Shown here: piece by piece, positions 19,521 through 29,754 of the stretch
Position numbering within the stretch: position 1 is the stretch's first letter
Layout: each line of letters begins with the position of its first letter
Assembly (NCBI GenBank): GCA_016776605.1
Contig: JADHTB010000009.1
Location: 31,453-95,452, forward strand
DNA length: 64,000 nucleotides
Origin: Alphaproteobacteria bacterium
GTDB taxonomy: Bacteria > Pseudomonadota > Alphaproteobacteria > GCA-2731375
Direction: 5' to 3'
Made by a program: the position numbers and the translations under genes
The notes under the pieces: model-generated
Seen by the model: only the letters and a program-made list of their open reading frames with translations
The model's database searches: none
Told to the model about the DNA's origin: nothing

Positions 19521-20462
19521 ATGGCACATCTCATCGAGGCCCGGCCGGATAACATACATTGGGGCTATTTCGAGGCGGCCCGCCCCGCCGTGGCGGAAAT
19601 CGCCTCTGGCGAGCGGGTCACGTTTCATACGGTTTCGGGCGCGGCCAATGTAACGCCCGCCGACGGCGGCCCCTTTACCGTTGCCCCCGAACAGCGCGCG
19701 ATCCACGCTCAGGTGACGCGGCAAATGCTGCCCGGACATATCCTGACCGGCCCGGTCGCGGTGCGCGGCGCCCAACCGGGCATGGTGCTGGAAATCCGCA
19801 TCATCGATATCGAATTGGGCGCTGATTGGGGTTGGAATGTGATCCGGCCCGGCGCCGGCGCCCTGCCCGACGATTTCACTGAAAACCAGCTGTTTCATAT
19901 TGGTTTGGACGCAAAGCGCCAGATCGGCACCCTGCCCTGGGGTCAGGAGGTGCCACTGGCACCGTTTTTCGGTGTGATGGGTGTTGCCCCCCCGCCCGAG
20001 CGCGGCACCTTAACTTCGATCATACCGGGCGATTTTGGCGGCAATCTGGACCTGAAGGAACTGCTCCCCGGCAGTATCCTGTACCTGCCCGTATTTGTCG
20101 AAGGCGCGCTGTTTTCCGTCGGCGATGGTCACGCGGCACAGGGCAATGGCGAGGTTTGCGTGACGGCAATTGAAACGGGCCTGAACGGTACCTTCGAGTT
20201 GATCGTCCGCAAAGACCTCCATTTCACCATGCCACGGGCGGAAACCCCAACCCATCACATCACCCTAGGCATCGACCCGGATTTGGACGAAGCCGCCCGC
20301 CAGGCCCTGCGCGAGATGATTACCTTGATCTGCGAGCGGACGCCGCTATCCCGCGCGGAAGCCTATGCGCTGTGTTCCATCTGTTGCGATCTGAACGTGA
20401 CGCAATTGGTCAACCAGCACAAAGGCGTGCATGCCATGCTGTCCAAGGAGCGGTTGAAATAA
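19521..20462 (+). CDS. Acetamidase/formamidase family protein
   Basis: HILTGPVAVRGAQPG, GGNLD, GDGHAAQGNGEV. Confidence 0.92.
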   Translation: MAHLIEARPDNIHWGYFEAARPAVAEIASGERVTFHTVSGAANVTPADGGPFTVAPEQRAIHAQVTRQMLPGHILTGPVAVRGAQPGMVLEIRIIDIELGADWGWNVIRPGAGALPDDFTENQLFHIGLDAKRQIGTLPWGQEVPLAPFFGVMGVAPPPERGTLTSIIPGDFGGNLDLKELLPGSILYLPVFVEGALFSVGDGHAAQGNGEVCVTAIETGLNGTFELIVRKDLHFTMPRAETPTHHITLGIDPDLDEAARQALREMITLICERTPLSRAEAYALCSICCDLNVTQLVNQHKGVHAMLSKERLK

Positions 20463-20468
20463 ACGCAG

Positions 20469-20573
20469 CCAGAGCGCATTCGAAGAAAATGCGCTCTGAA
20501 TCTTAAAAGTAGAGCAATTGAACCAATCACTTAAGTCGCGAAAGCGACTTCAGTTAATTGAAAATTGCGCTAC
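20469..20573. repeat. 105-bp palindromic MITE-like element, copy 2
   Basis: AGAGCGCATT-CGAAGAA-AATGCGCTCT ... AAGTCGC-GAAA-GCGACTT; right end overlaps the TAG stop of the aldolase gene. Confidence 0.92.
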
Positions 20574-21343
20574 CCCTTCAAGGCCTTGATGCCGGCGGTC
20601 AAGCCGTCTCCCAACAGGCCCATATCGTGGTTATAGGAGATCATGCGGTAGCCACGGTTCAGGAGATCCTGGCCCCATTCCAGGGTCGGCGCCATGCCGC
20701 CCGCCGCTTTGCCGACTTTGGCGGCGGCTTCGACGATTTTGTCGATGCCGCGCTGCAAATCCGGGTGATCGAACTGGCCGGGAATACCCAGGGACAAGGA
20801 CAGGTCCGCATGGCCCAGATGGGCCGCGTCGATGCCGTCGACGGCCATGATTTCGTCGATGTTGTCCAGGCCCGCCTTGGTTTCGATCAGGGCCAGGGTA
20901 AACGTACGCGCCATGGCGGCGGCGGCCTTATCAGCCATCTCGCCGCCCGTGTAATCATCATGGGCGCCGCCAAACACGGCGCCGCGCACACCGCTGGGCG
21001 GATAGCGCGTCCAACTAACCAACTCGCGCGCTTCCTCGGCACTGCCCACCATCTGATACAGCAGGCCAAAGGCGCCCACATCAAGCAGACGGGCGGTAAA
21101 ATTATAAGCCTTGCCGGGTGGGCGGACCAGGGGAACCAGGCCAACGGCGGCACAGAGCGCGAATTGCGTCTTCATGTCTTCGATGGTGAAGCCGCTGTGT
21201 TCCAGGTCATAGAGCGCGAAGTCGGCGCCGGAATTGGCCAGAATGCGCGGCAGGCCAGGGCTCAAAAATTCGAAAATCATGGTGCCGTAAACAGTTTCGC
21301 CGGCAGCCAGCTTGGTCTTCACGGGATTGGATCGCATGGGCAT
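20570..21343 (-). CDS. HpcH/HpaI aldolase family protein
   Basis: DLEHS, RYPPSGVRG, LIETKAGLDNIDEI, GHADLSLSLG. Confidence 0.9.
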   Translation of the reverse strand: MPMRSNPVKTKLAAGETVYGTMIFEFLSPGLPRILANSGADFALYDLEHSGFTIEDMKTQFALCAAVGLVPLVRPPGKAYNFTARLLDVGAFGLLYQMVGSAEEARELVSWTRYPPSGVRGAVFGGAHDDYTGGEMADKAAAAMARTFTLALIETKAGLDNIDEIMAVDGIDAAHLGHADLSLSLGIPGQFDHPDLQRGIDKIVEAAAKVGKAAGGMAPTLEWGQDLLNRGYRMISYNHDMGLLGDGLTAGIKALKG

Positions 21344-21367
21344 CTCTTTCCTTAAAAGGGCGCCGTC

Positions 21368-22204
21368 TCAAACGATGAATTCAAGGACGGAATCGAAAGC
21401 CGGCTGGCGCACCACCACCCGGTCCGCCTCGTCGATCGTGGGTACCGGGTTCGCCATACCGGCCACGATACCGCGAATTTTATCCAGGCTATCGCTGCGA
21501 AAGACCAGTGCGCCAAAGAATGAACTGCGCCCCGCCATGGGCGAGGCCAGGGCGCCATAGCGTTCGCCATAGGCCGCCGGGGTCATAACGCTGATGTGGC
21601 CGCCCTTATACGCCACGCCGAGGCTGTCGCCCGCGCCGTCTACCTTTGAATGCAGCAGCCGGGCGAAATTTTCCGCTTCCTGTTGATGGTCCGTGGAGGC
21701 AACAACGAATTCCGAAATCGACTGGGCACCGTTACCATGGTTTTGCCATTCCGGTCGCCAGACCAGTTCCGGCGTCCCATGCTCGCAATAATAGACCCGG
21801 CCGCCGGGGAAAATACCGGGACGCACGGCAACAGTTCTGAAAGCGGCATCGGCCTCGCCATCAGCCAGTTTCACCGGTCGGGTAAAGGCTTTGGGCGGAT
21901 CGCCGGCCATATCCAGGGCCTGCAAATGCGCGAATGTCTCATCCACGTCCGGGGTCTTGAAGACCAGACCGTTGATGCCGAACGGCGCTTCCGCCACATC
22001 GGCACGGGGGTTCTCCATACCCGGCGGCAAGCCGATCAGTTCCAGATAATCGGTACCCAACATCATCAAATGATTGATCGAGCCCAGTGAATGATAGCCT
22101 CGATCCGTCAGGAAAAACCCCAGGTCGGCAAACAGCCCCTGGGCCCGGTCCATATCAAAGCGAACGTTGATAACCGTATGATCCAATTGCGCCTGTTCCG
22201 CCAT
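21368..22204 (-). CDS. VOC / glyoxalase-like domain protein
   Basis: LDHTVI, RGYHSLGSINHL, DYLELIG, HGNGA. Confidence 0.85.
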   Translation of the reverse strand: MAEQAQLDHTVINVRFDMDRAQGLFADLGFFLTDRGYHSLGSINHLMMLGTDYLELIGLPPGMENPRADVAEAPFGINGLVFKTPDVDETFAHLQALDMAGDPPKAFTRPVKLADGEADAAFRTVAVRPGIFPGGRVYYCEHGTPELVWRPEWQNHGNGAQSISEFVVASTDHQQEAENFARLLHSKVDGAGDSLGVAYKGGHISVMTPAAYGERYGALASPMAGRSSFFGALVFRSDSLDKIRGIVAGMANPVPTIDEADRVVVRQPAFDSVLEFIV

Positions 22205-22224
22205 GTCCTATCCTCCCAAAGTTT

Positions 22225-22662
22225 TTAGCCAACCAATGTTGCGTAGGTGCCCCGGCCAATGGCCACCAGGGACTGCTGTTCGTTCAGAACATCAATATCG
22301 ACAATGGTCACCGTCCGCCCGGTCCGGCGCACCTTTGCCACCGCCACCAGGGCATCGCCCACGGCGGGCTTCAGATAATCGATGCGGATATTGATGGTTG
22401 GGACGCCACCGCCCAGCAACATGCCAATGGCGAAATCACCCACCGTATCAATGAACGAGGCGATGGGACCGCCATGAAACTGCTTGGTGCCCATGGCGCG
22501 CTCCAGGCCGGGGTTCATGGGCATCCTGACCGTCAATTCAGATGCCTGGTAATCCATGGACAGCACCACCAGCCCCAAGGTCGCGATGAATGGTGAATTG
22601 TCAAAGCGCGCCTGGATCTGTTCCTGGCTCAAACGTTCGGGTGTTTCATTCATGGCCGGCAT
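22225..22662 (-). CDS. PaaI family thioesterase
   Basis: FHGGPIASFID, TINIRIDYLKPA. Confidence 0.9.
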   Translation of the reverse strand: MPAMNETPERLSQEQIQARFDNSPFIATLGLVVLSMDYQASELTVRMPMNPGLERAMGTKQFHGGPIASFIDTVGDFAIGMLLGGGVPTINIRIDYLKPAVGDALVAVAKVRRTGRTVTIVDIDVLNEQQSLVAIGRGTYATLVG

Positions 22663-22664
22663 CC

Positions 22665-23675
22665 TTAAGGCGTGAGCACGACTTTGCCAAAGACCACCCG
22701 GTCTTCCAGCAGGCGAAAGGCCTCGTTGACCTCTTCCAGGGGCAGGGTCTTGTCGATCACCGGCTTCAACGAGCCATCGCCCAGCAGATCAAGCAAGGTC
22801 ACCAGATCCTCGCGCAGCCAGCCGTTGGCGCCCAGCACCTTCAACTCGTAAGACCAGATAAACCGTAGATCCTCGGCCGGGTCATAGCCGGCGGTCGCGC
22901 CACAGGTCAGCACCTTGCCGCCCCGGTGCAAGACCCGCAATCCCTTTACCCAGGTATCGCCACCGGTGAAATTCACCACCACATCAACGCCGTCTTCATA
23001 ACGGCGCCGGTGCGGCTTGCCGAATTTTTCCCAGACCGCCTTCATGAAATCTTCTTCGACGTAGTTAATCAGATGATCCGCGCCGATGCCGGCCAGACGG
23101 TCCAGCTTGTCCTGGTTGGAGGCGCAGGCAATAACCTCGCAGCCGACCCGCTTGGCCAGTTGCACGGCGCAGGTCCCCACCCCGCCCGAGGCGCCCAGGA
23201 TCAAGACCTTATCGCCGGGCTGAACATCGCCGATGGTGTACATCATGCGCAACGCCGTGCCATAGGCCACGGGCAGACACGAGGCGGCCTGGTAGGACAC
23301 GTTGTCGGGCAGATGCACCAGATGGTGGCTGGGCACCTTGCAATATTCCGCCAGCCCGCCGTGCCACATTTCGCCGATCAGGCCACCGGGACCAACCCGG
23401 TCCACCGGGTCGATCATCACCCGGTCGCCAACCTTCCAATCGGTGATATCCGCGCCGACCTCGACAATTTCACCGGAGAAATCCAGCCCCATGATACAGG
23501 GCATGGGCACTTTGATACCGGGCATGCCATTGCGGGTGAAGATGTCGTGATAATTGAGCGAGGTCGCGCCCACCTTGACGATGACATCCTCGGCACCCGG
23601 TTGCGGGTCCGGAAAATTTTGCTCGATCCGGATTGACCCCGGACCGCCGTGTTCACTGATAACCGCCGCTTTCAA
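22665..23675 (-). CDS. Medium-chain dehydrogenase/reductase (zinc-binding dehydrogenase / quinone oxidoreductase family)
   Basis: SLNYHD, LILGASGGVG, FGKVVL; TTG start after a GAGGAG RBS. Confidence 0.9.
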   Translation of the reverse strand: MKAAVISEHGGPGSIRIEQNFPDPQPGAEDVIVKVGATSLNYHDIFTRNGMPGIKVPMPCIMGLDFSGEIVEVGADITDWKVGDRVMIDPVDRVGPGGLIGEMWHGGLAEYCKVPSHHLVHLPDNVSYQAASCLPVAYGTALRMMYTIGDVQPGDKVLILGASGGVGTCAVQLAKRVGCEVIACASNQDKLDRLAGIGADHLINYVEEDFMKAVWEKFGKPHRRRYEDGVDVVVNFTGGDTWVKGLRVLHRGGKVLTCGATAGYDPAEDLRFIWSYELKVLGANGWLREDLVTLLDLLGDGSLKPVIDKTLPLEEVNEAFRLLEDRVVFGKVVLTP

Positions 23676-23733
23676 ATTCGCTCCTCGTCCCTTCCCGTGG
23701 CGCCATGGCCAGGGGTTCGGATCCCATCTAAAT

Positions 23734-25248
23734 TCAGGTTGATGCTTGCCGCCAAATTTCCCGCCCGCGGGTTTCCAGGCCCTTGCGATCTATCTTGCCC
23801 GGACCGGCCAGGGGTAGTTCGTCCATGAAAATAACCATGCGGGGGTGCTGAAAGGCCGGTGCATTGGCCAGGGCATGTTGCTTGATCTCGTCCTCGTTGA
23901 CACTCGAGCCGGGCCGCCGCACGACAAAGGCGATGGGTTTTTCGCCCTTGATCTCGTCGGGCACGGGCACGACACAGCTTTGTTCCACATCCGCATGCCC
24001 GACCAGAATGCTTTCGACCTGACCGGGATAGATATTCTCGCCGCCGCAGACGAACATATCGTCATCCCGGCCAATAAAATAGTAGGCGCCATCCGGTTCG
24101 CGGCGAAAAACATCGCCGGAATTGTACCAGCCATCCGGCGTAATTACTTCGGCGCTCTTTTCCGGCAGGTTGAGATAGCCCGTGGTATTGGCAGGCGTGC
24201 GCTGCCAACAGACGCCTTCATCAGCCTCGTTGCCGTCCTGGTCGATCAATTTGACATCAACGCCGGGCATCAATCGCCCCACGGACAGGGCGGGGACCGG
24301 TTTGCCCCCCGCCGCGCCAAACACCATGGGGCCGGCTTCCGTGGTGCCATAGCCGTTCATGACGTTGGCGTTGGGGAATATTTCCTCCACCCGCGCCCAT
24401 AGTTTGGGCGAGACCGGGGCAGATCCCATGCGCACGATGGAGACCGAGGACAGATCCAAACTGGCGACCAGGTCCTCTTCCATGAAGGCCATGGCCAGCA
24501 TGGTGGGAACCGAGGTGATCCAGGTGCATTTGAAACGCGCAATCGCCTCCAGGTAATGCCGGGCATCGAATTCCGGCAGGATCACGGTGGAGGTGGAGGC
24601 CGCATGGCCAAACAGACAGGTACACAGCGCGTTCATGTGATACATCGGCGCCGCGATCAACAGGCGGTGATGGGTAAAGGGCCAGGCGGCCATGCGCCCG
24701 CGCAAGGCCCACAAATGCCCCTTATGGGTCAAAGGCACGCCCTTGGGCCGGCCGGAGGAGCCGGAGGTGTAGAGCACCATGGCGACTTCGTCGTCCCTGG
24801 GCCGCACGGTCTCGAACGGGCCCCGGTCCAGTAGTGCTGCAAAGCCCTGATCGCCGGCATCGTCAAAATCCGTCAACGGTATATCCGTGGCAATGCCACC
24901 CCGGCGCGGGCTGTCGCAGAAAATATGCTTGGCGGCGGAATCGCCCAGAACGAAGTCGATCAATTCGCCGGGAAATCTGTAACTGATCGGCACGGCGATC
25001 ATGCCGGCCCGCAAAATGCCCAGATAGGCGATCAGATATTCCGCCCGGTTGGCCGATAACATCGCCACCGCATCGCCCCGGACCAGGCCCCGGCCCCGCA
25101 AACCGCGGGCACAGGCATTGGCAAGATCGTCGACCTCCCCGTGACTGTATTCGCGGGGCGCATTCCAGTCCTGGCAATCGATCAACGCCAGATTATCGCC
25201 CCCCAACTGCGGATCGAAAAGGGCGCCAAGATTATACGCGGTGATCAT
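23734..25248 (-). CDS. Acyl-CoA synthetase (AMP-binding enzyme)
   Basis: YTSGSSGRPKG, NGYGTTE, WYNSGD, GGENIYP, GKIDR. Confidence 0.93.
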   Translation of the reverse strand: MITAYNLGALFDPQLGGDNLALIDCQDWNAPREYSHGEVDDLANACARGLRGRGLVRGDAVAMLSANRAEYLIAYLGILRAGMIAVPISYRFPGELIDFVLGDSAAKHIFCDSPRRGGIATDIPLTDFDDAGDQGFAALLDRGPFETVRPRDDEVAMVLYTSGSSGRPKGVPLTHKGHLWALRGRMAAWPFTHHRLLIAAPMYHMNALCTCLFGHAASTSTVILPEFDARHYLEAIARFKCTWITSVPTMLAMAFMEEDLVASLDLSSVSIVRMGSAPVSPKLWARVEEIFPNANVMNGYGTTEAGPMVFGAAGGKPVPALSVGRLMPGVDVKLIDQDGNEADEGVCWQRTPANTTGYLNLPEKSAEVITPDGWYNSGDVFRREPDGAYYFIGRDDDMFVCGGENIYPGQVESILVGHADVEQSCVVPVPDEIKGEKPIAFVVRRPGSSVNEDEIKQHALANAPAFQHPRMVIFMDELPLAGPGKIDRKGLETRGREIWRQAST

Positions 25249-25350
25249 AATTATATTACTGAAGTCTATTGTCTGCGGGAGCGAAACACTAAGTGCCCCC
25301 TGCCGTCCAAGTCAAGGCAGGGACCGTTGCGGTCATGGCAGTCATTCCAG

Positions 25351-26292
25351 TTATGGCCGCGCGGGCGCCGTCCCCACCTTTACAATACCGCTTTGCACGA
25401 CGAACATGGCGGCAACAATTATTGCGATGCCGGGCAAGGTCATCGCCGATGGCAGGCCCTTGCCCAGAGCCCATTCAATGGCCAGGACGAACAGCGGCGT
25501 CAAATAGTTATAGCTCATCACCCGGGTCGGCCCCAGGTGCAGGGTCGCGTGCTGTATGATGAAAAAGCTGATAATGGTGGTAAACATGGCCAGATAGGCG
25601 ATGCCGGCCAGCACGCCGGGCTCTACCGCCAGCCAATCGGTCCGGAACAGCGCCACGTTGTTCAACAGCAACAGCCAGACGGTCCCCATCGCCATGGTCC
25701 AGAATGCCATTACGGCGGCCGGCTCGTCCCGGCGAAAGCGCTGAACCAGGGGGGTGTAGAGCCCCATGGCAAACAGCCCGGCCAGGAAGATCAGGTCGCC
25801 CTTGTTGACGGCAAGGCTGAGGAACAGGTCCAGATCGCCGCGGAACACGACCCAAAGCGCGCCCACGGCGCCAAGGATCAGCGCCACCAGACGATGCCTT
25901 CCCAGCCGTTCCCGAACCAGGACCGCGGCATACAGAGCCGCGATGCCCGGCAGAACCGTAAAGAGTGCCGCCGCGTTCAGGGCGGAGGTCAGGCGCAGGG
26001 CCGCGAACATGCACCAGAAGAACACGACGAGGCTGCCCGCGATCGCCGCATAACCGGCCAGCGCCTTGGCGGAGGGGATAGCTATGCCATGGCGCCAGGC
26101 AACATATGGCGCGAACAGCAGGGTCGCCAGCGCGAAACGCACCAGGGTCAAAAGCTCGGGCGGCAGGCCATGGGTGATGGCGGCGCCGACGGGAAACGAG
26201 GTCGCGACCAGGGCGCGCGCCAGCAACACCTGTCCGTGCACCCGCATCAGGGGCGCCTGTCCGGGCCTCGCTATTATTTGCGGCATGTTCAT
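25351..26292 (-). CDS. DMT (EamA) family transporter; start uncertain
   Basis: About 10 hydrophobic segments, LTLVRF, LVRERL, YLTPLF. Confidence 0.85.
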   Translation of the reverse strand: MNMPQIIARPGQAPLMRVHGQVLLARALVATSFPVGAAITHGLPPELLTLVRFALATLLFAPYVAWRHGIAIPSAKALAGYAAIAGSLVVFFWCMFAALRLTSALNAAALFTVLPGIAALYAAVLVRERLGRHRLVALILGAVGALWVVFRGDLDLFLSLAVNKGDLIFLAGLFAMGLYTPLVQRFRRDEPAAVMAFWTMAMGTVWLLLLNNVALFRTDWLAVEPGVLAGIAYLAMFTTIISFFIIQHATLHLGPTRVMSYNYLTPLFVLAIEWALGKGLPSAMTLPGIAIIVAAMFVVQSGIVKVGTAPARP

Positions 26293-26431
26293 GGCCGCCA
26301 AGTATCGATGATTGGCCGGCAATAAGCCATGCGGACGTGCGCCAGCAGGCAAACGCTGGCGCCTTTCCCTTGGCAGCGGCGGCCATAATCCATTACCGTC
26401 CCCTATGTTTGTGTATTGATTGGAGAGTTTG

Positions 26432-27508
26432 ATGCAATTTGGCTGGCTTACCCTGGCGCTTTCCCCCTCGGGGGATGAAGACGCCGCCCGTATCCATCAA
26501 CAGATCGAACAGGTTTGTTATGCCGAAGAGCTGGGCTTTAGTGACGTCTGGCTGACGGAACATTATTTCACCGGCGAGAGCGTCTATAATGACGCGGTAG
26601 TGTTCGCCGCCGCACTGGCCATGCGCACGGAACGTATCCGCATTGGTTTCGCGGTGGTGCAGATGCCCTTTCACCATCCCGTGCGCCTGGCCACGCAACT
26701 GGCCCTGTTGGATAATCTTTCCAAGGGGCGCATCGACGTGGGCGTGGGCAAGGGTACCATCTACAACGAATATGAATTCGTCGGCCATGGCCTGCGCAGC
26801 GATGACAGCCGCGAGCGCATGGAAGAGGCCGTCGATATCCTGGAGCAGGCATGGCGGGGGGCCTGGACCGAAGCGCCGCTCACCTACAACGGTAAGTTTC
26901 ACCAGGTGGAGATACCGCAGCTGCGCCCCCGGCCCTATCAACAGCCCGGTCCGCCCCTGTGGCGCAGCGTTATTTCGCCGAATTCATTTACCGAATGCGG
27001 CCGCAAGGGCATCCCCATATTGACGGCGCGGCTGGGGGTAGAACGCATCAAGGAGCGCTGGGCGACCTATGCGGCGGGTCTGGAAGAGGGCGGCCATGAC
27101 GAGGCCACCCGCGCCCGGCTGATGGCGCAGATCGCGCTATGGCGTAACGTCTATGTCGCCGAGAGCGATGCTCAGGCGGAGGACGAGCTGTCGCAGCTGC
27201 TTCTCGATACGCGCAGGCACATGCTGCACGTGCGCGAGATGTATAACCCCAAGGATTTCGTGATCGATCCCATGATGCTCAATCCCTGGACCGACCCGAC
27301 GGTCGGTGAAGGCGAGTCGCTGGCCTATACCCTGGAAACCGGCTGCCTATACGGCTCGCCCCGGCGGGTGGGCGAGCAGGTGGCCGAACTGCGGGACGCC
27401 GGCGTGCAGCATCTGCTCTGCCAGACCGGCTTTGGTGATATGAGCCAGGAACAAAACCTCGAATCCATGCGGCGCTTCGGCGAACAGGTGATGCCGGCGT
27501 TTAACTAG
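26432..27508 (+). CDS. Luciferase-like (LLM) flavin-dependent monooxygenase
   Basis: AEELGFSDVWLTEHYF, HPVRLA, LDNLSKGRIDVGVGKG, PRPYQQP. Confidence 0.92.
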   Translation: MQFGWLTLALSPSGDEDAARIHQQIEQVCYAEELGFSDVWLTEHYFTGESVYNDAVVFAAALAMRTERIRIGFAVVQMPFHHPVRLATQLALLDNLSKGRIDVGVGKGTIYNEYEFVGHGLRSDDSRERMEEAVDILEQAWRGAWTEAPLTYNGKFHQVEIPQLRPRPYQQPGPPLWRSVISPNSFTECGRKGIPILTARLGVERIKERWATYAAGLEEGGHDEATRARLMAQIALWRNVYVAESDAQAEDELSQLLLDTRRHMLHVREMYNPKDFVIDPMMLNPWTDPTVGEGESLAYTLETGCLYGSPRRVGEQVAELRDAGVQHLLCQTGFGDMSQEQNLESMRRFGEQVMPAFN

Positions 27509-27586
27509 AGTAGTTCCGGGCATTTCCAGATTGACAGGAAAGGTCTTAAGATTGGTGGTTCCGCAATCGTTTAGGAGTGCGTTGAA

Positions 27587-28459
27587 ATGGCCATGACGAT
27601 CAGACAGGTCGGTCCGTGTTTCGCGGGCGAGGTCGATGGGATCGATTTGATGCAGCCGCTGTCCCGCGAAGACGCGGCGGCCATCCATGCGGGAATGGAT
27701 CAATACGCCGTTCTGGTGTTTCGCGAACAAGCATTGGAAGACGGCCAGCAGATGGCGTTCACCCAATCTTTGGGCGGTATCGAGCATGCCATTGGCACCT
27801 CCCTGCGCGGTCCCAACGAGAACCGGCTGCCCACCACTTTCGCCGACGTCTCCAATCTTGATAAGGAAAACAAACCATTTGCCCGCGAGGACCGGCGCCG
27901 CCTGTTCGCCATTGGCAATCAATTGTGGCACTCCGACAGTTCTTTCAAGGAGACCCCGGCGAAGTACTCATTGCTGAACGCCCACGCTATCCCATCAAAG
28001 GGCGGCAATACGGAATTCGCCGATATGCGGGCCGCCTATGATGCCCTGGACGATGAGACCAAGGCGCGGGCCGAGGGGCAGATCTGCGAACATTCACAAG
28101 TCTATTCGCGGGGCAAAATTGGCTTCACGGATTTCACCGACGAGGAGCGGGCGCGGTTTGCCCCCGTGCGCCAGGTATTGCTCCGCACCCACCCGGTGAC
28201 GGGCCGCAAATCGCTTTACCTGTCATCCCATGCGGGCAGCATCGTCGGGTGGCCGGTGCCCGAGGCCAGCATATTTCTGCGCGACCTGGCTGAACACGCC
28301 ACGCAACGGGAATTTGTCTACGCCCATGAATGGCGGGTCGGTGATCTGGTGATCTGGGACAATCGGCAAACCATGCACCGCGCGCGGCCGTTTCCAGCGG
28401 AGGAGCCGCGCGATATGCGGCGTACCACGCTGGCCGGCGACGGCCCCACCGTGCCTTAG
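27587..28459 (+). CDS. TauD/TfdA family Fe(II)/2-oxoglutarate dioxygenase (TfdA-like)
   Basis: WHSDSSF, GGNTEFADMRAAYD, HPVTGRK, WDNRQTMHR. Confidence 0.92.
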   Translation: MAMTIRQVGPCFAGEVDGIDLMQPLSREDAAAIHAGMDQYAVLVFREQALEDGQQMAFTQSLGGIEHAIGTSLRGPNENRLPTTFADVSNLDKENKPFAREDRRRLFAIGNQLWHSDSSFKETPAKYSLLNAHAIPSKGGNTEFADMRAAYDALDDETKARAEGQICEHSQVYSRGKIGFTDFTDEERARFAPVRQVLLRTHPVTGRKSLYLSSHAGSIVGWPVPEASIFLRDLAEHATQREFVYAHEWRVGDLVIWDNRQTMHRARPFPAEEPRDMRRTTLAGDGPTVP

Positions 28460-28465
28460 AGCAGT

Positions 28466-28507
28466 TCCGGGTTAGAAAACCTGTTATCCGGGTTAGACAA
28501 CCTGTTA
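28466..28507. repeat. 21-bp tandem duplication
   Basis: TCCGGGTTAGAAAACCTGTTA followed by TCCGGGTTAGACAACCTGTTA; the second copy contains the stop of the FecR-domain gene. Confidence 0.85.
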
Positions 28508-29194
28508 ATGGCCGCCACCGCCGCCGCCGACGTCACCGGATGAGTCGCTATCATCCGGATCCCCCAGGCCTGGATCTTCAGGGGCTGCTGCCGCCTGACT
28601 GACTTGCACACTATTGCCGGCGGCACCTACGGTGGCGCCTTGCCCGGCGGTAACCGTTGCCGCGGCACCGCCATTCACCGGCGTGACGACCACAGCACCC
28701 TCTGCCACCGCGACCTGCGTCGCGCCGTCCTCGGCAACAACGACTGTGAAATCCGTGCCGCGTATGCCGATGTGGCTGGTCGGCGTTCTCAAGCTGACGC
28801 CTTGCTTCTGGATCTTGCCGGTGATGAACCGAAAGACGCCCCGCGACATTGAAGCGACCAGCTCCCCGGCGTTGGTTTCCGCGTTGTAGACGAATTTGTC
28901 CAGAGTAACCGTCGTCGCGGAGCCTAAACGCAGGTCTGTATCGTCGCGAAACAATATGTGCAGGGCGCCCTGACTGATGGTTTCAACGACTTCCTGCGCA
29001 AAGACGGCATCATCGAGATAAATCGGCTTGCGATCGGCGCCCGGCGGACGGCCATAGGCGTATTCGACGACGGCATTTACGGCGCCGATACTGTCCGCCG
29101 CCTGGGCGCCGGCCGGAAAGATCAGCACAGCCAAAAGAAGCAGACCCCCTATCAGAGGTCCCGTAGATAAATTGCGAAGATAATTTTGCATCAT
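28505..29194 (-). CDS. Secreted FecR-domain protein
   Basis: Signal peptide ending AQA, ILFRDDTDLRLG, GVFRFITG, TPTSHIGIRGT, acidic/Gly tail. Confidence 0.85.
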   Translation of the reverse strand: MMQNYLRNLSTGPLIGGLLLLAVLIFPAGAQAADSIGAVNAVVEYAYGRPPGADRKPIYLDDAVFAQEVVETISQGALHILFRDDTDLRLGSATTVTLDKFVYNAETNAGELVASMSRGVFRFITGKIQKQGVSLRTPTSHIGIRGTDFTVVVAEDGATQVAVAEGAVVVTPVNGGAAATVTAGQGATVGAAGNSVQVSQAAAAPEDPGLGDPDDSDSSGDVGGGGGGH

Positions 29195-29566
29195 ATTAGC
29201 GCTTCCTTTAGCTCAGGCATCTGAGAGTTATTGAAATCCCGCACGCCAAACTGGTGCGGTGGTCACGCACCAACTTGCACCGTCCCGAGACTTTCATCCA
29301 CACCAATTACGTCGCCGTAAAATGACTACGGCGAATATAGGTCGTGCGATTTAAGAGTCCGTAAGGACTTGTTGGGCTGGTTTCCCGCCCATCTTCCTGG
29401 CGGGATGAATTTGTTTTCTCTGATGCCGCATATTTTGGCTTTTGATTGCTGAATTAATATCAAATGCGTTGCGGTGAATTTCCGCTTGTGATTTCACATA
29501 ATAATATTACTGTAACTAAATTAACACAATTACGCTGCGTCGGCTTGGCGAAGGTGGGGGATTCAA

Positions 29567-29680
29567 ATGAAAATTTTAGCTGCGATTAGTCTCATCGTCA
29601 TCTGCATTGGGTTTGGAGCAACGGCAATGGCATGCCCGGCAGGGCAGGTGCCATGCGGGGACAATTCCTGCTGCCGCTAA
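29567..29680 (+). CDS. Small secreted cysteine-rich peptide (37 aa; not in the ORF track)
   Basis: AAGGTGGGGG RBS; MKILAAISLIVICIGFGATAMA-CPAGQVPCGDNSCCR-TAA. Confidence 0.7.
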   Translation: MKILAAISLIVICIGFGATAMACPAGQVPCGDNSCCR

Positions 29681-29754
29681 CCTGCTGCCGGTAAATGGCG
29701 ATTTAAAAATTCCATTCTTGATTGGTAAGGCTCTCACTCAAATGGAGTAGTTCC

